Below, in pieces: positions 20,901 to 33,200 of a stretch of DNA of 64,000 nt. The notes beneath the pieces were generated by a model. That model worked only from the letters and a program-made list of their open reading frames with translations. It was not told the origin of the DNA and made no database searches. A program made the position numbers and the translations under genes. The stretch is taken from positions 52,158 to 116,157 of the IMG/VR virus record IMGVR_UViG_3300025093_000009; one strand, written 5' to 3'. The stretch's first letter is position 1, and each line of letters starts with the position of its first letter. Source of the stretch: a virus.

Positions 20901-21250
20901 CTTTTTATTCTCCTACAGAAATAGATATTGTATCAGGTACCAATGGTTATGCTGATTATACAATACCAAATGATAATGGTATTACCCCAACAGTACAATA
21001 TAGAGTTATTAAGAATGGTACTAATGACTATGTATTAAATGCTGATGTAAATATGTATATACCTTATGAAGAAGGTGTTGAACGCCAGGGTGATTACCGT
21101 ACACAATCTATAACTTATAATTTTGATATGAGTCAAGGTTTGCGTGGTTTAGAAGAACAAATGGCAAATCAAAGAGCATATTTTGATCAGGTTAGATTAC
21201 AAAACCAATTGCAACGTAAAAGAGATGAAGCTCAATACGGCAACAAATAA
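17963..21250 (+). CDS. large virion/ejection protein (first gene of the vRNAP block)
   Basis: 1095 aa, largely helical/coiled-coil, directly upstream of the vRNAP as in the crAss-like three-large-gene block. Confidence 0.6.
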   Translation: MSTYIKGADTYLPEIKPFTPDYKFLSAVLDTRQDKYDTNFKATNDLYNKVVYADLSRQDTRDRRDQYAEQIAPHIEKISGMDLSIAANVEAAKGVFAPFYEDDLTVKDVMFTAAYRDQMQRADNLKNSPNVDVADKWWDVGVRAMQYQMDEFMNSSADDALRQGLPEYVPDADLFKMSQKILEEMDPPLKMKMDRFALVDNPKFNPNKPEGPGNLRKINNTDWIITEQNGTLVTGAALQQIRNRLMNHPNVQRAYQTKAYVMGMDFATDAVKNGAASSLKAGQEMWANETIRRITAINDKRLPQALQDLAAAERAAVTWDSYKLTNGLVEGSEIDQLHNEELSDIEAYKRDIENMKKIQDEGNLPASDSLAGTLNRAYSMLMQHDIMNDMMESAQAFSARDYEYTMRENQYAVDEKRHLYDMAEIKARAINAMNLEKFKQDREDARMREKIARENAALNNPLNAALQGNNVTIGDAQSIDVATKDGEATQNVDMIQRSNSQYIEADQKLATTQVDDILNMMQLMNPKGDNSSQDQTFGIMLPGDEPGTVEEYRGTIENIKRKLLTRNTTTVDGKEVPGDFKYRNVINDIFTEKNNVFVDTRLQTKNNPNLTLGPEGQTMYDDLYNKMNGPGGTLTQMKGVDAFITDTYEKYEKVYNDEIVQLVQTEDRHVKNLMQNGNMPGLFLNGVPFASKEEYIKYVVQGVEKGEILNVDLDWKWDTGTSNTDYKIPATQTRYTEYGTQSFPVYNEDGSRKYEIDMSAVESEAGMVYDALKTKLNAKLTGQLGDNFVGGDFNSARYGFGGAYSDVVSSPTYNYSLNPLTSNPGAEAEMINLVNQLNYLEKDNKAYGLGYGKLNKEKELLEKNALAVKVWSLYKEDLQTWYGNPKRSNTDAIAPVATLRYKPVFDIASKADKTHAGYEIVFSPEWLASKVSGPASDQYGALTSNEVKLLQGVGDDNEGAGIFMVYDQNFDQNMKSNNTSFYSPTEIDIVSGTNGYADYTIPNDNGITPTVQYRVIKNGTNDYVLNADVNMYIPYEEGVERQGDYRTQSITYNFDMSQGLRGLEEQMANQRAYFDQVRLQNQLQRKRDEAQYGNK

Positions 21251-21261
21251 ATAAGAGACAG

Positions 21262-24200
21262 ATGGAGAATCAATCTAAAACGCCATTAAATAGCGCTATT
21301 GAACAATCTCAGAGACCTGCCCCACAGAGTATTATACCTGAAGGGCAGTTCAAGTTTACCCCTATTGAGGAAATGTTTGAAACCCCAGAGGAGATAAACA
21401 CTAAGAATGTTCTAGCAGATCCAGACTTTTATGCTGGTTTAAATGCTGCTAAGCCAATGATTGATAAGTATGGCATTAATGCTATGGCTAGTTTAGGTGT
21501 TGCTCCAAGCTATTCTTCAGATACATTTAATCCAACAGACCAAGAGAAACCATTAGATATTTATGATGTTGCAGGAAACATGAAAGCTGCAATGACTTTA
21601 ACTCCAAAGTCTCAGGCTGAAGTTCCTGTTTCTCCTACCTTTTCTGGTGCAAGGCAAACTCAATTTATGAGATACTATGAGCATCCAGAGTTTGATGATT
21701 TAGGATATTCTCCTACTTCAAGTATGGAAAACTACTATAACGCAAACTCAACTATTTGGGATGACTTTACTAGAATGCGTAGTCAATGGTGGAGTGTTGC
21801 AGCAGGTGGTTTTGCAAGTGTATATAACTCATATGGTAGCTTATTTAGTGGAAATTATTTAGAGCCAGATTTAGATGGTGCTAGTGATTACGCTGATGCT
21901 ATGGGTATTATGTCTAGTTCAAGAGATGGGGCATTAGCATTTACAAATAATTTATTTGCTAACTCTGCATACACTATGGGTATTATTGGATCTGTAGCAT
22001 TTGAAGAACTTTTATTAGCAGGAGCCACATATCTTTCTGGTGGTTCTGCTGCACCTGTAGCTGTTGCTAGAACAGGTTTTAATATTGCAAAATTAGGTAA
22101 AGCAATATATAGAATAAAAGATATAGGTAAATATTCAAGAACTATTTTACAACAAGCAAGAAATCTAGATACTGCAAGAGATTTTTGGACTGCTGCTAAA
22201 AGTGGTGGTAAAGTAGTAGCTAATGGATTAGGTAATGCATTTACTCCAAATAGTGTAGCAGCAATTAAATCTTTAAAGACAGCAAAGAATACAGGTCAAA
22301 ACTTATCTAATATGGCCAAAGCATCTGTTGCTTTTGGTGGATTTTATAGAGATATCCAAATGGTAAACCTTGCAATGGCAGAAGCTAAGCTAGAGTCAGG
22401 TATGGTATACAATGATGTAATGGCTCAAGGTATGAATGACTTGAGTGCACAAAAAGGTGGTAAAGCATTAACTGAAGAAGAAGTAGCAAGAATACAACGT
22501 AGTGCAGATAAGGCACAATTTTACACCTTAATGGCAAATGCCCCATTAATTTATGCAAGTAACTGGTTTGTGTTAGGTACTGCATTTCGTGGATTCAAAG
22601 GTGCCATTGCTAAATCATTAGGTAACACTTTTGCCAGTGGTGTACAAAAAGGTATAGTTAATACTGCTGGTAAAAAAGCAGTAGATAGTGCTGGTAAAAA
22701 GATTTTAAGTCCTTTTAAAAATGCTGGCCGAGGTTGGAAAGGTTTTACAGCAAAAGTAAAAGCAGGTGGTTGGAGAGGTTTAGTTGGCTCAGGTGCATTA
22801 GCAAGTTTAGATTATTTTGCTGCGAATATTGCAGAAGGTGTTCAAGAGGTTGGTCAAGAAGCTATAGCAGCAGCAACTAAAGGTTATTATGGAGAAGTAA
22901 TAAAAGATCCTACTGCAGGTGGTGAGGCACTACAAAAAGAAATGATGTTGTCTGCAATGGGTAGTCAATTTTCAGAAGAAGGTTTAGAAGTATTTATGTC
23001 TGGTTTTCTAATGGGTGGGTTAGTTAGTCTGCCCCAGAAAGCATTTTTCCAGGGTGTACCTTCAATTTATAACTATGGTTTATTTGGTATGGGTACCAAA
23101 GCACAAAAAGAAGCCTATGCTGAGCATAAAGCCAATAGAGAAGAATTTATAAATAACCTTGTTGAAGTATACAATAAAGCATGGGATAATCAAGCAATTG
23201 ATCCAACAGAGATGCTTGATCCAAATAAAATGAACTTTAATATACAAAAACAAGTTGCTGAAAACATGAAGCAAAATGTATATTCTAAAGATTTATTTGG
23301 TTTTATTGATCAAAAAGATTTTGCTAAGTTTCAACAATACTATACAATATTTGCGGGTGGTAAGGCTAGTGCGTTTAGAAATCAAATAGAAGCATTCCAA
23401 AAATTATCTGATGAAGAATTATCAGAAGCATTTCCTGAGTTAACCAAGGATGAAATCAAAAGTGGTAAAGCACGTGAGCGTATGCAAGACACTCTTGACC
23501 GTATGGATAAAGCAGAGAAAATGTTTTTTGAGGTTGAAGAAAAGTTTCCTAATCCTTTTGATAAAAAGAAGTTCAATAGAAAAACTCAACCACGTGAGTA
23601 TGAACAAGAAGCATATAGACAGGCTGCTTATGAGCATGCTAAGTATTTATATATGTTTACTAATAGCACGTTTGTTAGAGCAACAGAAAGAGCAAATGAT
23701 TTATTTAGTAGACTAGAAAGTGAGCCTTTGTTTGATGGAATGGCTGCTAAAGATTTAACTGTGCTATTAGATGTTGACTCTATTGATAGAGAAATAACAT
23801 TGTTAACAGCAGAGATTGCTGCTACAAAAGGGGCTGATCAAGGTATTGGAGAAACAAATAAAGTAAAAGCTGAAAAAATTAAAAGACTTCAAGCTTTTAA
23901 AAAGTTTGTTAGTGATCCTAAGTTTACAAAGAAAGATGGTTCTTTTGATAGAAGAAGAATGAATGCTTTGAGAAGAGAGTTTAGAAACTATGTTAGATAC
24001 ATGGCTTCTACTTCTGGTGCTTTTGTAAGTGAAGATGCTATGAATGAAGCTCTTGATATGATAGTAGATTATGGTGCCTTAAAAGGTAGACAGAAGACCT
24101 ATTATAAAGCATTGGAGTATTTGGGTAACCCAGAAAGAATAGCAGAAATATCTGATAGACAATATCAAGTAAACAAAGAGTTAGGTGATAGACGTGCTGA

Positions 24201-27200
24201 GTTAGTTAGAGAAGCAGCAGAACAATATACAGATATTATTGAGGCAAATGAATTAGTAAACCAACTTGGAAAACTTGGTATATATCCTGATTTAGTACAG
24301 GTAAGTGCATTTCTTAAAACTGGAAATGCAGATTACTTAACAGACTTTTATGATGATTATGGTTATGTAGATCCAAAAAATAATAAAGCAAGGTATGATC
24401 AAATAGAAAGACTTTTAAATGCTTACAAAGAAACAAGAAGAGAAAAACAAACAGAACAAGCAGAAAAAACTGAAGAGGATATTGCGTCAGAAGCAGCGGA
24501 AGAAACGAGAACAGCTTTAGATCAAATTCTTGATGATGCTGGTTTACCTCCTATAGATATTGATAGTAGTAGGATAACACCTATGTTAGATGAGATCCTA
24601 AGAAATCAGTATAGAAAATATGCAGCTCAACAGGCATTGCTAGATGGTGAACCTCTTAGTCCAGAAGAATGGAATAACAGTAAGCAAGCTAAAAATATTA
24701 AAGCAACATTTATTGCAATGAAAAAAGTTTGGGCAGCTGGACCAATGACAGCTGATCCAAATGGCAATGTTATGTATAATAAGCCTGTAGAAAAACAGTT
24801 CTTAGAAACTGATGAGGGTTTTGCAGAGTTTTTATCTTCTCCTGATAGATTGGCACAAACACCAATTTTAACAACTGTATTAAATCAATCTGACTTAACG
24901 TTAAATGATTTTGTAGAACTAGAGGATATAGATGTTACAGAAGGTGAGGCTTTCCAGGGTAATCAAGCACAAACTGTATATAAAGAAGGACAAACTGCTA
25001 ATGTTATTGAGTATACTATCATAGATCCTCAAACAGATGCAGTAACTAAACAATACCGTATACTAGATAAAAAAGGTAATGAACTATCTAAGGAACAAAT
25101 AGAATTCTTAGATAGTAATTATGGATCTGTATTTGGAACATTCTTAGATGCGTCAAGAGCAAAAGAAGCATTAGTAATGGGCTTAGATGCAAATGTACCT
25201 GATTCAGCACCATTTGCTTTTGATGGTGTTACTGACTTACATCAAGGTATGCAGGTGATGAAAGATGGTATTAAATATATTATCTTAAGTACTCCAAAGC
25301 AAGCAGCAAAAGGTGTATTAAGAATTATTGATGTAACCAAGAAAAACGGAACTAAAAAAGAAAAAGATAAAGCTACTGTAAAAGTATATCCTGGACAGTT
25401 TAATGGATCATACATACCTATTGTTGCTGATTTTAGTTTATTATCAGACAACGTTAGTAGAATCAAAAGTCAAGATTTATTTACTATGTATCCTCACGTC
25501 ACTTATGGTGGGGTAACTGATTTGGATGAGCGTAGAGCTATTTTAGCACAAGCTAAAGAAAGCTTTAATTATATTATGACACAACTATCTCCAAAACAAA
25601 TGGAAAGTTTAGAGTTAGTTGTTATGCTAGATCCAAAAGGCGGTACATTAACACAAGATCAATTAGCTGTTGAAGACATTGCTGGTAATAAATACGGTGA
25701 ATCAAATCCTTTAATTAAAAGATATAGAAGTAAATATTACATAGGAATTAGATTGGGTAGTGAAGATCTAAGACAAGAGCTTCTTAACAATTGGCCTGAA
25801 GATATAACACCAAGTATTAGCTCTGATGGTATCTTTGGTTATATAAATACAGATGCATACTCAATATTTGATCAAGAAACAAGACAAGAAATTGATCCTA
25901 GAAACATGAATTCTAGACAAGCTTCTAATACTGTTTTACCTATTAAATCTAATGAGTTAACTAAAGATGAAAAGCTAGAGGCTGTTAGAAAAGCCTTTAC
26001 ATTAAATGCTTTAATTAGTCAGACATTTGACTCATATGATTTTACTGATGGCCCATTATATTTTCAAAACGGTACACTACCATTTACAATTTCACTAGAT
26101 GTAAAAGGTGGAAGAGTTGTTTTTGATAAAAAAGATAAAAAGCTAGATGCACTTGCTTATAACACAGCAGATGATGCAGGTAATATTTTTGTTTTTAACT
26201 TAAGAGCTAATCCTGAAGTAGCTGGTACTAGAACTTTAGATTATAATACAACAGCACAAGGAGATGAAAGGGTAAAATTATTTGATGATATTATAGCTGG
26301 TTTAGATCTGCAAAATCAAGCAAATATATTAAGCGGACCTGATAGATATGTTGCTATTGTAAAATTACCAAATGGTAAGTATGCTAAAGTAAATCTTAAA
26401 CCTACTAGTTTAACAGAGGAGGAAAGAAATGCTTTATTTGTTAAAGTTGTAGATAAAGCAATAACAGTAGGTAAGATTACTGATGAAGCTAAAGCAACAG
26501 AAGAAGCATATGATTTTAATAATAAAATAGATCTTGAAGATCTGTTTATTAGTTCTGTACCAGGAAATCACATTGAGTTAAAAGTTGGAAAAGATGGTAG
26601 TATATTTTTCTCATTAGACAATAAACAACTTGAAGAGACTATAAACATAGGTCTTACACCTGAAGAAGTAAATTCAACTGATACACAGCAAGAAAAGTTA
26701 GAAACTCTTATTAGTAAATTTAATGAGGATGCCCGTGTTAAAGCTGCAAAAGCGGTCCTTAAACCAAAGAACTTTAGAAGAACATTTAGCAATGAAGCTA
26801 AGGTTGAAACTATAGTAGAAAACTCTACAACACAAGTTGATCCAAAAGTTATAACAGGACAAACTATTATTGTTGGTGCTAGCTCAGAAGCATTACAAAG
26901 TGCTGGTAATGTACCTTTTATTCCTAGATCTAAAAGACAGAAGGTAGAAAGTCAAGAGGAAGTAGAAAATAGTAAGAGACCAGAAACTGCAGAAGAAGCA
27001 GAAGAAAGTGTATTAGATCAATCTGATGCAGAGTTTAATGACAACTTATCAAATGATTTTGCAGATAATCAAGAAAGTATTGATCATTTAATAAATAAAA
27101 TTTTAAGAGGTGAAGAACTTTCTCCACGTGAAGAAGAGATGATGAACAACTCTGTTATTGCAAACAGTGTTAATTTTAAAGTTGCAACATTGGGTGGTCC

Positions 27201-30200
27201 TGGTTCTATGAGTACTTCAACTGAAACTCCAAAGAAAGAAACAAAATTAGATGAAGTAAAAAGAGATATAGAAAACTTAGAAAGAGAACTTACAGAAGGT
27301 TTATCTGGAAAAGAAAAGTATAAAGCTTTAGATGAAAGTAAAGAATATCAAAGACTTCTTAAACTACGTAAGTCACTAGAGAGTGGTGCTAATAAACTTG
27401 TTGGTGCTACTACAGAAGTGCAAAGAGTAGAAGATTACAATGAATTCTTAGATTGGGCAAGTGCAAACTTACCTGATAACTTCTCTATAGAAGATCTTAC
27501 TACTATAGCGGATAATGGTGTAAACGCAGGTTACCAAAGAGTTGGTGCTTTTGTTTTAAATCTTAACCGTATAGCAGGAGGGATTACAGTGGATGGTGTA
27601 ATCTACACTAGTGCAACAAGTCCATTTAAATATCATGAGGCTTTTCATGGTGTATTTAGAATGTTACTATCACAAGAAGACATAAATAAATACAGAAGGA
27701 TTGCTAAAAGAGAAGTAAAAGCTAAATACGGCAATAAATACAAAGAGACTCTAGAAAGATTTAGAAACAGCGCTGAGAAGTATCAGGGTATGACTCAAGA
27801 ACAATTAGAAAATGAGTTTGCTGAAGAGTACATGGCAGATGAGTTTGAAAAGTTCAAGATGAATCCTAAGTCTAGTAAGACAGATGCAGATGTAAAGAAT
27901 CTATTTACTAGAATTATTGAGTTTATAAAAGCAGTATTCTCTAGATATACTACTAATGAATTACAAACACTATTTGAAAATATAGATTCAGGTAAGTATA
28001 GAGATGCTAATCCACAGACAAATGAGTTTACAACGTTAGATGATAGTCTAAGTGGTAATATGAGTATTGCCAATGCATTAATTAGATATGATTCTAAACA
28101 AGAGACTAGAACCGGTAATGATGTAGGATATTTATATTTAGATACAGATATAGCAGATACTATTGTCAGATCTATGGCAGCTATGTTTGTAAAGCAAGTA
28201 CAAGATTTAAAATTATTAGGAGAAGACCAATTTAGTCCACAATCAATGATGGATGATCTTTTACTAGAATTCAGATTATTATATGATACATCTAGTATAC
28301 ACAATGCTGGTATACAAGGACCAAAAAGAGAAGTACTCCAAACAATTGAAGATGCTTTCAAAACATATCCAGAAGACATTAAAAAAGAAGTATTAGCATT
28401 AGTTAACATTATTGCAGACATGCCTGCAAATAAAGAACTAAGAATAGATGAAACTGAAGACACATTAGGATTAAGATCTGTTAGTGAGTTTGATAAAGAG
28501 GCTTCTATGATAGGTGGGTTTAACTCTTTAAGTTTTAAACTGCGTTCATATATTGCTACTACAACTATGGCTGAGACAGACTACTTTGGTAATAAGACAT
28601 TAGCAAATGGTCAAGAGTTAATTGTTCCAGTTAAATTTAATGAAGTCTATAATGGTTTACTAAAAGCTGTAAAAAATACAGAGAGCCATGTAGATATGTT
28701 GAAAAGAGCATATTCTTTTTCTAGATTAAATCCTCAGATGAAGGCTGTTGTTGACAGACTTCTAAATGATGTTGGTGTAACACCAGAAGAATTGAGTTCT
28801 GATGCTCCATTAGCTAATGTAAAAGACGGTGCTTTATTGCAGTCAATATTAAAAGGTTTCCAAAATAGTAGACTAGATTACATATTTGTTGAAAGAGACA
28901 GCAGTGGTGGTATACTTATTTATAAAGCTACAGATAGAGATAATGTTAATTCTCAATTAGACCAGTGGTCTCAAGCTTATATTAATAGAAGGAAGTTATA
29001 TACTAGTGATCCAAATAGAAAGATACGTTTAGTTGATCTTGTAAAATCCATACAAGAAGATATGGACTCTGACACAGGAAGCTTTGTGGATATGCAAGCA
29101 AAATCTAAAAACTATACAGAAAGACTTTTTGACTTAACAGGTTTAAGAATTAGTCCTCTATATATGTTATACACTTTAGGTCAGACTATACCAGCAGCAA
29201 ATAGAGATCCTCAAACACAAATTCTTATTGATGGTTTTTCTGAACAGTCACCAATGTCATATACATTACTGACTGAATTAAATCAGGCTTTCCAACAAAA
29301 TAGAAATATATTTTCTAAAAGCCAAGCGGGTTTATCTTCTAGACTTGCAACACTAGCTGTTCAAAACGCAGCATTTGATGAGTCAGTTGGTGCCACATCT
29401 TTTGTTAATCCAAACAATGATTTGGTTTTTGCTCATCAACTACCAACGTTGCATACTAGAGCAATACAAAGTTTGAATAATGAGGAAACAATAAAGAATC
29501 TAGAGGCTGATGACTTCTTAAAAAACAATTACTTATTAAATAATGAAGCATTTAGAAATCTTTCTAAAGAACAAAAGCTTCAAGTAATAAGACTTGCAGG
29601 TAGTAAAATTAAAGATAAGATTTTAGAAGATGGTTCTGAAACAAATGAGGATCTGTTAAATTCATCTTTAAAACCTAATAAAGCTACACAGGCTTTTGGT
29701 GAGTTCACTCCACAAGAGTTTGCTTTAGAGTTAATCAATTTATATACTGCTGAATTTAATACTAGAAGTGGTGTTGTATCTTCTGTAGAAGGTTTGGGTA
29801 AAACTCAAGTTGGTTTGTCTCCTACTTTTATTAGAGTTATGGAGGCTTCAAACACTGGTGATTTGGTAACACTACCTATAATTAAGGCTGTTACAATGAA
29901 AGGTGACAAGGTAGAACTTACTCCTCAACTTATCAATGTGTTTTATTCTAGTATAGAAAATGAATACTTAAGAATAGCAAGAGAAGCAAGAAGGTTATCA
30001 GTATTTGAAAATACAGGAGTTGATCCCGAAGGATTATCAAACATCCAAGGTTATAATGACAGTAGAGAAGGTAGAGCGTTTAGTTTCTTTAACAATGGTA
30101 ATGTATTTGATGGGGCAACTCAAGATGCTTTAGTTGAAGAAGCTTTTAGATCTGTTGAGTCAGATAACCCAGCTTTAACTCTTAATCAAGCACTTAAGGG

Positions 30201-33200
30201 GGCTGGTAAAACACCAGCTTCTGTAAGAGCAGATATTAAAAGAAATTTAAAACAAGCATTCAAAGATTTTGATGCTATGCTTAATGAAATGCAAATTAAA
30301 GATTTGTTATCTGAGCAAGTAAAATCTGGTTTAACAATAGCACAAGGAGTTCAAAGATCTGAAGTAACTATTTCAGAAGCAAGATTAAATCTGAATAGTA
30401 ATATGAATCATAACTTGCAACAGATATTTTTTAATAACTGGGTAAACTCAAGATCTATCAATGAATTAATACTAGGTGATCAGGCTGTTTCTTTAAAGGG
30501 TATGGTTGATAAAGTTAAAAGAGCAAAGCTTAATAATGCTGCATACTATAGTGCTTACTCAGAAGTTACAGATAACAATCTAGGTATATTCCATCCAAGC
30601 AAATCATTTAATATGTTTGCTTTTTCTGAGCCACAAGCATCATCAACTATTACAGGAAACTCAATTGATAGAGCAGATGCACAAGCTTATATTACGGCTA
30701 AAGGATCAAGATATACTATGTTTGGTTTTGGTAGGTTAAGTCCTGCTATGGCAGAAATGTATGATACAATAGATGTTGGTAATGAAGTTACAGGTGATAG
30801 AATATTTGGTCAAAACACTGAATCATATAGTTTGGCTAAGAATCAAGACTTAATTAACTCTAAGAAGTATGTATATATGGATGGTCAGACAGCAGTTAAA
30901 ATGTCTGTTACTGTATTAACAAAAGAATATACTTCAACGCAACAAGATGGTGTTTGGGTTCCTAAACCTAATATGGAAGAGTTACATTACTTGAGAGAGC
31001 AAATGGAACAAGCTGAGGCTGATAGTGAAACTTTTAGCATGGCAGCTCCTGAGTCCGCTTTAAAAATGATGAAGCAAAATGTAAATACTCTAACACCAGA
31101 AAGTACATTTGATACAAATAGTGATTTAGAGTATACTACTTTAAATACTCAATTCTTAGGATTACAAGTTATTAATCCAAGTAACAAGTTAGTAATTACT
31201 GATCCTTCACAGATTAAATCATTAATTACATCAGAGCATTTGCTTAAAGATGAAAATGGTAAAGATATTAAGGTTACCATATTTGGTCAAAGCTTACCAA
31301 TATCTAAAGTTATTGATGCTTATAATACAGCTGTCTCAGAAAGGGTAATGTTGAATTATAAGAACAAAAGAAATTTAGTCTTTACTTTTGATGCTGCTCA
31401 AGATGAGTTTAGTTTATCAAAAGCCAAAGGTTCAATAACACCAAACTTAGCAGCATTTTTAGATTATGCAGTTGCAGGTTTAAAGGCTAGTGGTGCTAGC
31501 TCAAACCTATTAGAGTTTTTCTCAACTGAGGATGGTCAGCAAAAGTATAATCTTAATAATCCAATTACTGCTGCAAAGTTTCAGCAATTGTTTTTAACAT
31601 ACTTTAGTAGAGGTGTATTTAAAGAATCATCTCCTGGTTTGTCATTATCCCTTGTTTCTGACTTTGGACATAAGATATATAGAAGAGTATATGAAGTAGA
31701 AATAGTAGATGGTGTAACTATACCAGTAAGATCTGAAGTAATTAGAGAAAGAAATTGGAAAGGAACAAAAGATGACTTGACAGATTTACAAGAGCTTACA
31801 TCAAACAATATACCTAGTGAGGGTATAGTTGTACTAGATGATCTTAGAGTAGGTGTTATGGAATACACTGATCCTAAAGACCCAAGTACTGCAACAGGTC
31901 AGAGATATTCTGAATCAATTACATCACCACATAACTCTGAAGTATTAGAATTAATTGCTAATAGTGATAGAGCTATTCCAGATGTTGTTGCAAAAATGTT
32001 TGCTGTACGTATTCCTTCACAAGATAAGCACTCAGCAATGGCAACAAGGATTGTAGACTTTTTACCTGCATACTATGGATCCTCTGCAATGTTCCCTAAA
32101 GAATTAGTAGAAATATCTGGTGCTGACTTTGATATAGATAAAGTATATACTGTAACAAAAGAGTATTATGTCAAAGATGGTGAGTTTATTGAGTACACTG
32201 ACAGTTATGAAGATTATGTTAGATATGTAAACAATAAGGTTAATGAAACTGGTACTACTCTTTCTGAAGCTGCAAGACTATATAAAGATGATGTCTTAGC
32301 TGCAAAATTAGATAATAGTATTACTGAAACAGAGCTTAACATTGTAACAGATAAAGAAGCAGGAGATAAAAGAATTAGTGAAGATGGTTGGAAAGCAATG
32401 TTAACTTTAGGCTTACCAATAACAGAAGCACAATACAATGATTATGTAAAAAATAATGGAGTTCCTTTTGAAGCTCCGTTAAATAATAGAGTTGTTGATA
32501 CTAGATATGCTTTAGTGTCTCATCCTGGTATGACTGAATTAGTTAAAGACAAGAATGCTAACGATAAAAGAAATACACCAATTGCTTATCAAGCAGCTGA
32601 TTTAGAAGTTCTTGAAACTGCATTATCTGAATTAGTTGAGATGGAAGGTGTTCAGCTATTTAAAGATAGAGTAAATGAGGGACAGCAAGATGTAGATAAT
32701 TTTACAGGAATGGTTAGGTCTTTTGAAGCTAACAAAGGTGCTGCAATTGGTCCTATTGTAAAGATTAATCAAAATTTAAATCTACTTACAGAATATAAAA
32801 TATCTCTTAATAGACCTATATCTATAGATGGAAAACCATATCAAAGTTATAGTGTAGATTATATTGGTAATGATAGAAAACAAGATATAGTTTCTGCATT
32901 AATTACTGCTATGACAGATAATGCAAAAGAAAGATTAGCAAGAAAGCTTGGTTTAAATCCAAGTAGTATTGGTGCTGTAGGTAATATGATTGCACTTGGT
33001 ATCCCTCTTGAAACTTCTTTAATGCTTATTAACCAAGCAGAAATAAGAGATATATATACTCAAGCTTTTAACAAAAAAGATAAGTTTGAACCAGGTGTAA
33101 AGAAACTTTTAAATATAAAGATTGCAAAATTATTAAATAGCTTAGAAGAATCTGAAAAGAAAAAGCCTGTAAGATTAACAAGAGAATTGTTTGCAAAAGG

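Noticed and set aside
27795-28463. 222-aa antisense ORF inside the vRNAP gene (also 51608-52249 and other short antisense/overlapping ORFs in the track)
   Set aside because: S/L/F-rich shadow frames of strongly biased sense genes, with no motifs or start context.
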